Shown here one piece after another: positions 1 through 13,220 of a DNA stretch of 64,000 nt. Under the pieces are notes generated by a model, which did not search any database, was not told the origin of the DNA, and worked only from the letters and a program-made list of their open reading frames with translations. This DNA comes from Octopus bimaculoides (lineage: Eukaryota). Numbering within the stretch: position 1 is the stretch's first letter; each line of letters starts with the position of its first letter. The stretch covers positions 199,205,348-199,269,347 of the forward strand of contig NC_068981.1 in NCBI RefSeq assembly GCF_001194135.2. The letters run 5' to 3'. A program made the position numbers and the translations under genes.

Positions 1-915
1 ATATATATATATATATAATCGTTAAAGAGGACAGCAAGCATTAAGGCAAGGCAAACACCTCAAGTTGTATACAATATTATTATTGGAAAAAATTCAAAAT
101 CTTACAGCTGTTTCTGGGATATCCCCAAGTATGAGCTATTCCATAATCATTTATATTTGATGTAAGAGAACATGCAAAAAAGTCATTTGAGTTTTGTTGA
201 CTTTATATCTTTCCATTAATTCTGGAACCAGTGTCTGCTATAATAGCTGGAAATTCCTCGCACAACATAATATACCCCAAGATAAAATAAAAAAAGAAAC
301 AAACAATGAAATAATGAATTATTTGCTTTATCACCATTGCCATCATAGCTCTCCTCCTTCACCCCACCCACCACCCCAGCGCCCTTCACATACTCAACTT
401 GAACCATATCATTAGTTGCGACTGATGTTCTATCTACCTGCATTATTTAGAACCATTCACAAACCATCACTTTATAAGAGCTTAAGCTATTAGCCAACCT
501 CGAGTGTATCATTATTCCATTGTAAAAGACATTTTCCTTTGGAATAATTCCTGCTTGTTATCAGCAGAAAATTCTAAAACCATTTAACTATGTCTTCTGA
601 CATGATCCTGTAACATGAAAAGTTTGTTTTGTTTGTCTCATGAAATCCAGGATTTGATTCCACTGCAGTCTGTCTTGGACAAGAGATGTTACCATACTGT
701 CTGGTTGATCCAAAAGCTGTCAGTGATAGAGGGAAATGGAAACTGTGTAGAAGCCTTTTGGCTGGATTTTAAATGTATTTTGAAAAGTCAACCTTCTAAT
801 TCTCATTGATTCTGTTGAGAGTTAGTTTAAAGGTAGCTGTGTGTGTCTGTGTTTATATAAAAACAAAAATATATCAATCAATCAATAAATAAATGCACAC
901 ATACATACATTACAT

Positions 916-1327
916 TCTTTTCTTTTACTTGTTTCAGTCATTTGACTGCAGCCATGCTGGAGCACCATCTCGAAGTGTATCTTTAGTTGAACAAATTAAA
1001 CCCAGGATATATTTTTTGTAAGCTTAATAATTATTCTGTTGGTCTCTTTTGCTAAACTGCCAAGTTACACGGTACAGAATCACACAAACATCAATTGTCA
1101 AACGATGATAGGGGGACAAACACAGAGACATGCACACACACACACACAAACACACACAAATATATCATCATCATCATCATTTAATGTCCATTGTCCATAC
1201 TGGCATGGGTTGGATCTGGCATACTGGAAGGCTGCACTAGACTCCAATTTGACTTGGCATGGTTTTCTATGGCTGGATGCCCTTCCTAACACCAACACAA
1301 CAGGCTTCTTTCAGTTTCCATCTACCG
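916..1327 (-). mobile_element. tRNA-derived SINE fragment (3' part), interrupted at its central microsatellite by an RTE 3' end (1163-1295)
   Basis: Shares the blocks 'ttttacttgtttcagtcatttgactgcagccatgctggagcacc' and 'ggcttctttcagtttcc' with the more complete SINE at 32288-32686. Confidence 0.7.
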
Positions 1328-2269
1328 CATATGGAATATGGCCAAAAATAAAAAAATTGTATTTGATTGTTGAACATGGGAAATGAGTCAGCCAAAACCT
1401 GTGCATCAATGGATCTCATTTTATCTCTCATTATATCTCATTTTATCCCAACTCTTCTACACAAACACAAACACTTCAAAAGAAGGTTCTGTGAATAAAG
1501 ATAGAATAACCCAAGAATATGTGAAATGTTTGCAAACAGTGCACAGCCTAACTCAAGCAGCAGTCAATAACATGAGAGAACTCATTTGACTCAATGTGTA
1601 TAACGATTGTCCAATGCTAAAATATATAAGTCTAATCATGCAACACATGAAACACAAATACCAGACAATGAAATAACACAATGCATGAACAGCACACAAC
1701 AAAATACACACCTCACATTACACAAACTCTACACAACAGAGGAAACATTGAAATGGAGCAAAAACTGGTTTAGTGAACAAACACAATTCTGCATTGTTAA
1801 CAGACAAGGTTGTACATACCTCAGGTACATAAAAGGTGAACCTAAGAACGGTGAAGAAAAATACTGGCAAAAAAACTATTGATAACATGATGATGATAAA
1901 TAAGAAGAAGAAGAAGAAGAAGAGCACATCAACAACAATGACGAGAAGAAGCAGAAAATGTTTAAAAAAAAATGATATCCATGATTAAGGATTGAAAGAA
2001 ATGAACAGTGGGGTAGGGTGGGGTGTAGGGAAAGTTGAGATAAAATCATGCACAATGACAGTGCATTGTTCCTTTAGCTCCACCCATTCCTCTCTCTCTC
2101 TCTCTCTCCACACTTATACACAGCAGAAGAGAAGGATGAAGTAAATATCTCCAATCACGATGACATTTCATAAAACCTGTAGATTCCTGATAGTAAGGAG
2201 GATAGTAAGTACTTGTGTTTCTGTCGCACTGAGGTGGTGGAGACGATTGGGGAGGAAGGAGGTGGAAGT

Positions 2270-2510
2270 AGGTTATGATGATGGCAATGATGATGATGAT
2301 GATGGAAATGATAGTGGTGGTGGTGGTGGTGGTTGTTGCTGTCGTCGTCATCATCGTCATTTTCATTGTCATGGTGAATATGATGATGATATTGATAAGG
2401 ATAACAATGATGATGACAGTAACGATGTCTGTGATGATTAACAATGATTATAACGATGATAGTGGTGGTAGTGGGCGGGGGGGGGATGATGATGATGGGT
2501 GGTAGCAGTA
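2270..2510. repeat. Compound trinucleotide low-complexity tract (GAT/GGT/CAT)
   Basis: Directly visible; accounts for the low-complexity ORFs 2046-2505. Confidence 0.85.
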
Positions 2511-2539
2511 GTCATGGACAACACAATTGATAGTTAAAG

Positions 2540-3060
2540 GCCTCAATATTTTAGATGTGTTACTGTTAAGATTAATTCCATCTTTTAATCTCCTCTTTAG
2601 AAACCAAACAGTTTTTCTTTTCTAATATTTCCATCGACACCACATTACAATCAGTTTGATATCCAATCAACAACAAATGTCGTATTCCTGGATATATGCA
2701 TAATGCTGGGCTGGATTCATATCTATGCTTGGATTAATAGGCCAAACAATAATATTCTTATGAAAAACAACTCATCTCAGATATTTAAGAACTGTTGCTA
2801 CAGACTGTGAACTTGGAGGCTTTGTAAGGAAGATGACAAAGCCATCAAAATACCAGACGTTCGTCTGGTAATATCAAAAGTCTTTAAAAATCTGTCGACA
2901 AATAGAAAGTTGAGAAGTCAAAAGTGAAGAAAAGGAGTGAAACAAATGATTTCAGGACAAAAAGATATCAGGGAACACACATAAGCCCTAAATCACGAAA
3001 ATCTACAGAAGAAATACATTTGAATGTATTCAATACAGTTTGGCATTGTGTTCATTGCCA
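2540..3060 (+). mobile_element. Highly decayed LINE 3' coding relic (RTE-like)
   Basis: 'tacagactgtgaacttggaggctt' resembles the LYGCETW motif of the RTE C-terminal region; many stops. Confidence 0.3.
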
Positions 3061-3104
3061 GGAATAAACATGTGATGATGATCAAAGAATAAACTGGTTC
3101 AAGA

Positions 3105-3475
3105 CACACAGTGGTGAGCTAGCAGAATCATCAGTACACCAGGTACTACTGGTGCTTAGCAGCATTTCATGTCTTTACATTCTGAGCTCAAATGCTGCTG
3201 GGATCGACTTTGCCTTTCGTCAATAAAATAAGAACCAGTTGAAGACTGGGGTTGATGTAATGGACTTTGAAATTACTGGCCACATGCCGAAGAAATTTGA
3301 AACCAAACCATAACATGGATGTAACTAAAAGAAAATATTCTCCACAAGGGGCCTGAAATTTTGGTGGGAGGAAGTTAATCAATTGCATTTAACCCCAGTG
3401 CTCAACTCATAAATTATTTCATTGACCCCAAAAGGATGAAAGGCAAAGTCAACCTCAGCTGAATTTGAACTCTGT
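3105..3475. mobile_element. Two copies of a second SINE family in inverted orientation (+ 3105-3330, - 3388-3475)
   Basis: 'ttctgagctcaaatgctgctgggatcgactttgcctttc' and its reverse complement 'gaaaggcaaagtcaacctcagctgaatttgaactc'; another fragment lies at about 16225-16310. Confidence 0.65.
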
Positions 3476-3539
3476 ACCTAAAAATGGACAGTGTTCAAGG
3501 ATATTGGATGAAGAAGCTGAGAAGGCTCCATGAAAGGAT

Positions 3540-4650
3540 AGCAGAACAGCTGGATAGATAGTTGAAGGAAGGCTTAGTTCTCAGATGGAAGACAAAGGGA
3601 AAGCCATTGTCAAGGGTAACACTGTATCCAAATTTTGATTAATAACATGTCTCTTATTAATGAGGAAATTACTGCCAGTTATTTCGGCCAATGAATTATA
3701 TGGATATTTAACAAAAAGTGGGCTGCTACTGACTGAACAAAAAGGGTGTCAAAAGAGGTGATGGGGAACAAAAAGATAAACTATTAATTAACAAGCTAAA
3801 TTAACAAGCTAAACATCAGAAACTGCAAGATGAGGCACACAAATTTGAGCATGGCATGGGTTTATTATTGTAAAGTATATATGACATATCACATTCTTGG
3901 TTAACAAGAACTGTGGAAATGTATGGAGTAGGGGAAAACATGAGATGCCTCATATGGAAGAATATGAAATGTTGAAGGACTGAATTGACAGCAGGGAATC
4001 AAAGTATGATCTGGGAAGTGTTAGAGGGAAACTGAACCAGCTGCCATTTAGGCAGAATTAGACAGTCTAGTCCATTCCTTGTGGATTTGTTCAAATGATA
4101 TCAAGGCAGAGTCTGAACTCTGAAAATGCACTGTGATGGGGACGAGACAAGGAAAGTTTGCCAGAACAGAAGGTACACGTATTGGAATAAAAATACCTGG
4201 GAATACTTGAGGAAGATGAAATTAAGCATGATGATAGGAAAGAAAAGACAAAGAAAGACTATCTGCAGTGACTGACAAATGGGATTCACAGTGGAATGGC
4301 AGAAACATAATTTTGATAATAAACTCACACACAGTTGGGTACGCAACTGGAATTCTGAAGTGAACAAAGAATGGGAAATGAGCTCCATTGGGAACAGCAA
4401 AGATTGTAAGGAAGATCTTTGATATCAAAAGAAACTGACTGTTATCTGATATCAAGGACATCAATTCCAAATGTAAAATAATCGTGTATACTATGAATAA
4501 TAATAATAATAGGACAGTGCTGTGCTTTAAAAACATTGAAAAAGGCAATATGGTAGACAATTACAGGCCGATACCCTACTTGCCACTTATGTGGAAATTA
4601 TTGACTGGAACAGTTGCAGAGTCAATGTATGGAGATCTGGAAAACTACAT
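3540..4650 (+). mobile_element. R4/Dong-like non-LTR retrotransposon RT fragments (two pieces: about 3540-4430 and 4510-4650)
   Basis: Frameshifted RT motifs: [23 protein letters not shown] (ORF 4484-4807), EQKGC, and a NLSMAW..YCKVY-like segment. Confidence 0.7.
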
Positions 4651-4699
4651 AAAATATATAAAGGAATTTATCTCTTTCATTCTTACTAAAAAGCTTCAG

Positions 4700-6450
4700 A
4701 TCATCCATGTAGAGCAAATGGTTAATTTTCCCCTTACTATTAAACTGATGGGGATCAAACATAATAGAAATATTAAAACGAGTTCCCCTGGAACATTCCT
4801 CTTTTGATATTAACTTTCCCTATCAGTGTGTCACCCAAGTAGAGATCTACTTTTCATTCCTTCATACTAGATCTAATTAATTCTCTTATGTTGTCTGCTA
4901 TACTGAATATACTCAAACATTCACTTATCTATGAATGTGGAATCAGGTCATAGGCTTTCCTATAATCTATCCATGCTATTGTTAGATTTTTCTTTCAAGC
5001 TTTCACTCCATTTAGAAATGCTTTGTCTATGTATAATATACCATGCATTCCTCTTGCCTTCTTCTTGCAACCTTTCTGTTCTTCTGGTAGTAAATTCTGG
5101 TTGTTAAGGTGCTCGTAAGTGCTTTCTGAAAGCATTCCTGTAGACAGCTTCCACACTAATGGTAAGCAAGTGATTGGCCTATAATTGCTAGCTGTATTAC
5201 CCCTGCTTTTGTCTTTCATAAGGAGTATTGTTCTCCCTCCACTCATCTAATCTGATCTTCTTGTATACACTCAACAGATTAGAATGTTGGAAAAGAAAAG
5301 AATCTTAACATCAGGCTACAATAAGTAACCTTAGATGCCAAGAACCTTCGTATAGGGTTACAACAAGTAACCTTAGATGCCATGAACCCTCCTAAGTATC
5401 CTATCTGTCCCTAATAACACTGTTTTCTGCAGTGGTACTAAACTGGGTTTTATGCCTATTTCTTGTATCCATCTGTTCAAATCTTTGGGGATGGTTTTTA
5501 ATGCCCCTGTGACTACTAGGATACATTTTACCCGCACTTTCCATACTCTCTGTAATTCAATGGTTAGGTCCTGGCTATTTTTCCTATACCTCTCATATTG
5601 ATTTTTCCATCATTTGTGACTGTAAAGTCAATTATCTGACACTTTCTATTCTCTTTATCTACCACAACTAAACCAAGCCTTCTAGCTTCTATTACTCTAT
5701 CAGTCTGAATGTTAAGGTCCCCAAAACATCTTATATTTCTTACTTTCTAGTACTTTACTAGGTTCATGTTCATACCATTTATCAGTATGGTCAAATCCTA
5801 GCTTTCTACATACTTCCAGTGGATGATTACTCTCCCTATGTTGTCATGTCTTTTCTTGTATTCTTTCTGTGCTTGCATGCTACATTCACTTACTGTATGA
5901 GTAACTCTTTTATCTTTATTATTGTCTTTGCACAGCTTCTAATACTAGAGATGTACTATGGTGCCAGCTGTTCACTACCAGTGAACTAAGGTAACACCCC
6001 TGATTTTTCGAGCACCTTCTGGAGTAGTCGAACGGTTACAAGCAGTGTTGTTTTCTGCAAGTGCTCCATCCTTATTGCAGCCCCTATTTGTTCCACGTAC
6101 TTCTCGAGATTTTTGCTCACTGTTCCCAGGGCTCCGACAATTATTGGTACTACTACCACCTTTTTCAATGACCACAACTACTAAACTTCCCAAGCTAACC
6201 TGTCGTACCTGTCGAATTTTCTTTCTTCCTTATCGCATACCTTGTTGTCAGCTGGGTATACTGTATCTATGATCGAGCATAGTTTGCTTTCTTTCTCAAT
6301 TAAGATTATGTCTGGCTTCCTATTCTCTATCTCATGGTCACACTGAATCATAAAACCCCATAGGATCTTTGCATTATCATTTTTGATGATGCCTTCGGGT
6401 TTATATTTGTAGCACTTTTTTGCTCTGTCAAGTCCATACATATCACCAAT
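4700..6450 (-). mobile_element. Tandem head-to-tail R4/Dong-like fragments: RLE domain (about 6450-5950), second RLE domain (about 5900-5300), RT fragment (about 5260-4700)
   Basis: ORFs show GNTASNYRPITCLPLVWKL..EEQKGCKK, CDHEIENRKPDII (PD..D RLE core), VVPIIVGALG and LQKTTLLVTVRLLQKVLE. Confidence 0.85.
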
Positions 6451-7479
6451 TATAAACCTCAGGTTAGGCTGCGTTTATATGTATGTATGTATAAGTAAAA
6501 TTCACTGTGTCTTAATAGCCTAGTTGTGAAAAGAAGTTGGAGGTGTAGAGAGAATGCTAAAAGTAATATACACTCAACGCAACATGTATGTTGAAGATAC
6601 TGACATTTCCCAAGCAGGTTACAAGACAGTTTAAATAGGATAAGAAGTGTTTTTGAGAGCAAGGTGAAAACATGTGTGGAAGTGAAATTAGCAAGTCATG
6701 TTTATCGTAAGAAAGTTATTTCGTTTCTTCATACTGGGTTGACTGTATTTTCTCATTGACAAAGGCCTCATAAAGGTGTATGCGAATAAATCTTTAGCTA
6801 ATTCATTTTCCTTACAATCATACAATGAGAGTTCGTAAAAATAATACCGAGAGAAGGATTGGATTTAACTCCAGTCATTTATTTACAGAAAGCAAAAATA
6901 TATACATTGAATTTATCACAACATAATAGTGATAGGAAAAATTGCAGTACATATTATAATAAAGAAAACAGGTTTTAAAAGAATCTGTCATGAGAATGAT
7001 GACAAGAAAAATTTTCTTAGCTAGCTCCTCAAAACTACTCTAAAAAGGTTGAGAAAAGCATGACATAAGGTCATGAAGGATGAACAATGCAAAATAGCAT
7101 TGCCAGAATGAGTGATGAGGTTCCGTGTGGCAATCGAGTGTTACTGAATAATTTCCCAAAAATCAGGGTTTTTATAACTGCAATAAACCTGATTCTAAGA
7201 ACATTTCTGCATGGCAAAGAAACTTTCCACAAGGATTAGAATTAGTGTCAGTGAAAAAGACCAATGAAAAAGCACAAGACAGCTGACACAACTATGATGT
7301 CATGCTGCTGCTAAAGTCTTATAACTGCAAAAACATCATAAGACTTGGAAGGTAGCTCCTTCGGCAGCATTGCTTGTCTGATAACCCCTTGTTGAGTAAT
7401 TACTACTACTGAGGTTCTGCTAGCCAGGAAACATATGTAGTCTGGATTTTACCTGCTGCTCCATTCCCTCAATTTAGAA

Positions 7480-7745
7480 TTTTATTCACATACACTGCAA
7501 CCCCAGTGACCAACATCCTTGGAGATATGCCGTGCTTGAGAAGACCCGGCAAGCCAAGTGAGACTGTAACCTATGCCAGTGCAGCATAACCAGTCCATCC
7601 AAGAGTACCCTTCAATCATTGGGCAATAAACTGCGCTTGCGAAGACCTGTTGAGGCAAGTGAAGTTGTTGTCGTGGCCAATGACAGTACTGCCTCATTGG
7701 CACCTGTGCGAGTGGCATGAAGAAAGCACCATTTGAGCATATGTG
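7480..7745 (+). mobile_element. RTE LINE 3' UTR fragment
   Basis: 'cttgagaagacccggcaagccaagtgagac...gagtacccttcaatcattggg' is shared with the RTE copies at 22725 and 26105. Confidence 0.8.
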
Positions 7746-7771
7746 ACAAAAAACTTCATCCTCTCTTTTAA

Positions 7772-8593
7772 CTAGATTCCAACACTCCCATCAAGTGTTA
7801 AATAGGGAACTCTTATCACTGAATATTTTTGATAGTAGTCTGGCTGTTTCCTGGAAACAAATTTCACTAGTTTTTTGGGGGTAGTATGAAATAATATTTT
7901 TGGGGGTAGTATGAAATAATATTTTTCATGTTCAGCTGGCGCTAATTTACGTAATAATAGTCTTACTTTCTCGTTGTCCATCCACGACTTGCAATATTCC
8001 CTGAAGATTTCTTTGTACCTTCTAAAGTACGCTTCCCCTGAGGCATAACTGAATTCTGTTATAGAGTTCGATTTGCCATCTGGCGAAAACCAACTTATAG
8101 TGTTTTCAAACTTAAGACATAATTCCATTAATTGCTGTTGTTTTTCTTGTTGCTGAAGTAGTTTCTGCAACTCTTCTTGCTGCGCTGTTTTTGCAATTGT
8201 ATTATAGAAGCTAATAGGTCTTTCATCATTAACAACTTTGTATCACAAAAATTTCTTAACTGACCTGTGTGAGCTTCGAATCCTTATCACCAATTATTGT
8301 AATGTAGTTACTCGTCACCAACTATTGTAGTATCACCACAATTAATGATGATACTCTTTTCCCCACTATGACCTTGTAGTAACAATTAAACATATAACGA
8401 AGTAACAACAATGTAACGATCCAACAAACTCCATGAACTCTACGCAAACGAACAAATGACAAACTCTCCAAATGACACCTTACAACTTTCTACAATTAAT
8501 GCCTACACCCTCTGTCTCTCACTCAGACCGCTACTATTCATAGTTGCTTGGTCAAGTCTATTCTTGCAGGGGGTGTCGTGACTCACCACAACA
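7772..8593 (-). mobile_element. Gypsy-type LTR retrotransposon 5' remnant: gag fragment (7772-8170), candidate PBS, candidate LTR (about 8298-8593)
   Basis: EAYFRRYKEIF...EKVRLLLRKL..AEHEKY resembles the gag of K02A2.6-like Gypsy elements. A TG...CA segment is followed by TGGTGATAAGG. A 27-bp tandem duplication at 7871-7925 derails the ORF. Confidence 0.65.
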
Positions 8594-9469
8594 CTATTTA
8601 TCTATCTTATATGTATATATGTGTGTATGTATGATTGCATGCATGTCGGTAGGTAGCTAGACAGATCTGTTTTATGCATTTTTCATTTCTATGTGGTCTT
8701 TGAAGTAAAAAATATTTCTTGCTATTGAGTTGCCAGGGTTAATTCTGTAATTACACAACAACACTACAATGTTGTTATATTGTAACATAATAGCAACAAA
8801 AGGAATCAATGTGTAAAGTATAGAGGCTAGTGTTAGATAAACTTTGGTGGACTGACTTGCCCATGATATACACCATAGAAACAGGGTGTTAACAATCCAA
8901 ATAGTTACAGTACTACCTTTCACCACTATTCATCAAGTCACACTTGGCTGAATTTAAAGAATGTCTACTTACCAACCTATATACATTTTTGGGTTAATAC
9001 ATTTTTGTCCTTGATATGCCTCCATCTGTAAATTTCAATGACCCCATTTGCATACCTGTAAACAGGTACGCAAATCCCTTAAACCCTTGCCAGGCTTTAT
9101 CAAGTGGGCTTATGATAAACAATGTTCCAACAGTAAACAACCTGTTCTTTCATGCAGTCAAAATTCTTCCCCTTAAATTAACTGTGCTGTGGTAGTATTT
9201 TCTAAAATGACTGGGAAATGGACTTCAGTGACTGGTGTAACACTGGCAGCAGCAAAGTGAAAGATGCTTTCACACACACTGTAATGGCCAACAAGCTCAC
9301 CTCTCATGTAGATTGTAGATAGACACACAGAGTTTTTTTTTCTACCCTACATGCCTTAGTCCTGATAATTCTGGAAACAGTATCTACACAAAGGAAGCTT
9401 TTAAGCCTGCGTCAGACCTCACAATCTCATCACAACACATATGTCGATGCCAATGGCAAAATAAATTCT

Positions 9470-10400
9470 GTTTGCATTTATTGATTGGCAATTCTTTATA
9501 TGACTGTCCTCAACCTTACACATCACCCCACCACTGCAGTCTTCTCTCCTGCACACAACATGTGATGCCCAGTTATCCTGTCAACACAGTTATACTTTGT
9601 GGTGTATGCACACTGCTATTGCACACCAATAGAGCATGCACGTTTCATTTCTTTCTAGTCTTTGCATATCCTCTGTATTCACAACACATGTTTCACTTTC
9701 ATGTAGCATCCGATTCCTTGATAACTAGGACCTTGGTCTTTGCTACGTTTACTTTAAGATCCTTGGATTCCAGGTTCTGTTTCCACACCTGGAATTTCTT
9801 TTATAATTCTGTTACAGATTCTGCTGTGAGGGCATGATCTTCAGCATATAGGAGTTTACATGGGCTCCCAACCTTAAATTCCTGTTATGGTCTGGAGGAC
9901 GATGATGAATAGGAAGGGGCTGAGAACTGATCCTTGGTGGACACCTACCTGTACATTAAATTCGTCACTGTACCCATGGCCAACTCTTACCTTGCTAACA
10001 ACACACCCCTGTACATGGTTTGTAGTGCTTTCACAAGCCATTTCATCTATCCCTAGCTTCTTCATAGGCGGCCACCATATCACAGCGTGAGGTACTCTTT
10101 TGAAGGCTTTCTCTTGACCAACAAATGCCAAGTACCACAGCTTGTTCTTAGGTAAATACTTCTCTTGCAGTTGCCTGAACATGAAAATAGCATCAGTGGT
10201 GCTTCTCCCTGGGGACAAAGCCAAACTACATTTCATCTTGTCTAATTCTGTCCCTAATTAATTGGGCTATAACTCTTTCGGTGATTTTCATTACCTGGTC
10301 CAGAAGTTTGATGCCTCTATAATTGCTTCTAAGGCATCTACTTTACCCTTATAGCACCTAACGATAAGGCAGTGGTGCCTGCAACTGCAGGTCTTCCATT
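9470..10400 (-). mobile_element. RTE LINE RT fragment with internal deletion
   Basis: GRSTTDAIFMFRQLQEKYL, EKAFKRVP and VGVHQGSVLSPFLFIIVL motifs (ORF 9874-10236). Confidence 0.9.
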
Positions 10401-10764
10401 AACAAATATTAACCAGGTCTGTGCCTTGGAGAACAACCTTACAAGTGTACAACCATAATCTCACAACACGTGGTTCACCCATTTACAATGTTCTATATCA
10501 ATAGTATGTGTATATAGGGCAGGGGTAGGAGGCCCAAGATTAACTGAAATGACATCTGCACTGTACTATGTACGTATAAGAGAATGATGGAGCATAGAGA
10601 CAGAGAAGAGCTGGAGCTAAGAAGGAATGTCATTGATGAGGTTACGAATAGTAACAAAGGAATTCTCATAAACCAAGCTGATTCATTGAATGACTGGTTC
10701 TATAGAAAATAGGTAAATGGATTTATTTTCAAATGTCTTGAGTCCCCAATTGGTTGGTTGGTTG

Positions 10765-11658
<894 letters not shown>

Positions 11659-11696
11659 GTATGCATGCATGCGTGCATGTACGTATGCATATATGT

Positions 11697-13060
11697 ATGT
11701 CATTATGTAGTTTTATTTCATGATTTCTTGCCAATAGAGAAAGAGCTGGTTTCTAACCTAGATTCAAGGATCCTTCATTGGAATTTCAACATCAACAACA
11801 AGGTATTTTTCTATGTATGTATATATGTATGTATATGAGCAGATATATGTTTTATTTTATGTATGTATTCTTATGCCTGTAGTTGCATGTCTAGACATGT
11901 TCATACATGCTTAAATGATAAACTTTTGGAAAGTTATGTATGTATGTTATTATTCAGTTTATTTCAAGATTTCTTGCCAACAGAGAAAGAACCAGTTTCA
12001 AACCCAGATCCAAGATTCCTTCACTGGAATTTCACCATCAACAACAGGGTATTTTTGTATGTATGTATGTATGTATGTATGTATGTATGTATGTGCAGAT
12101 TTGTTTGCTTTATGTATGTATTCTCATGCATATAGTTGCATGTCTAGACATGCTCATATATATTTAAATGAGAAACTTCTAAAAAGTTTTACAGATTATA
12201 ACAGTTCCAGTGATGGATTGGATATGTAGTCTTGGAATTAGCTTTCTCCTTTCTGATTTTGAGAAGCCTAATTTCTCAAGATTAGTATCTAGGCAGTGTG
12301 TTACATACACCAGGGCCCCAATAATTACACGTATAAACCTGAACTTGTGATCTGGATAGAGTAACTGCAGATTTCTCAATAGTTCCGCATAGGTGTTCTC
12401 TTTTTCACTGATCTTCAGCTTTATGTTAACATCCGCTGGGCAGCTAATTTCCAGAACTGTGCACAGTTTCTCTTCTCTATCCCAAATCACTATATCAGGT
12501 TTGTTGTGCTTACATTTTATTGAGGTCTTCACTGGTACATTCCACCATTATGGCTTCTACCATACTGTGGGTTCTTATTTCTTTGTCCTCAGGATTATCC
12601 TTCCGACAAATTTCATTATAGAGTGTCCTAGCTATAACATCATGTCTCATCGGTAGATAATACCGTGATGACATTTTCAGACAACTGCTTATGATGTGGG
12701 TGATATCTTCATTGTTCATTCCACAAAGTCTGCATCGGTTGTCACATTTTTTACTACTTTTCCTGTGTCTCTATCCCTTTTGTACATCAAGTACTTGGTT
12801 GATATTTCCTGTTTCTGGATTGCAAGCACATACCCTTTGAAGTAGGAGATAGTAATCTGGTTATTGGTCCATGATATGATAAACTGCTTTGATGATTGAA
12901 GCTATTATCATCTCAGAGCTTTCTATTAACATATCCATGCATAATCTTCTGCTCAAAAAATCTCATCCTTTCATTTGATGAAACATTGCAGTAGAGTCGT
13001 GCAACTTCTTCGGGTATGTATTCTAGGTTATCAGCCAAAGAGTGTTGCTCAAGGAGCTGC
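11697..13060 (-). mobile_element. Second RLE-type (R4/Dong-like) family: C-terminal ORF relic (about 13060-12179) followed by two tandem 3' UTRs (about 12178-11945 and 11935-11697)
   Basis: HIISSCLKMSSRYYLPMRHDVIA (zinc-knuckle region) and HNKPDIVIWDREEKLCTVLEISCPAD (RLE core); a roughly 245-bp 3' unit is present twice. Confidence 0.85.
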
Positions 13061-13074
13061 CTATTTATGCATGT

Positions 13075-13220
13075 ATATATGAAGTGGTATCAAAAGGACT
13101 AGTTATGCTAAATAATAAATAACTTATTTACCAAAGTTCTAACATCATCTCCTTTGAAACAATCACCTTGCACAGCAATACACTGGTCCCAGCATTCCTG
13201 TCACTTTTGGAATCAAGCCT
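13075..13220. mobile_element. Mariner-type terminal fragment
   Basis: TA-flanked 'tatgaagtggtatcaaaaggact' TIR-like start plus 'atacactggtcccagcattcctgtcacttttggaat', the antisense of a transposase C-terminus (recalled similarity). Confidence 0.5.

Noticed and set aside
2046-2505. Hydrophobic or acidic ORFs that look like membrane or low-complexity proteins
   Set aside because: Translation of trinucleotide microsatellites; the same applies to the poly-H/D/M ORFs at 22.3, 41.5, 55.3, 58.7 and 61.5 kb
2851-2870. Perfect 9-bp inverted repeat 'taccagacg-tt-cgtctggta'
   Set aside because: Isolated short palindrome inside a decayed LINE; expected occasionally by chance
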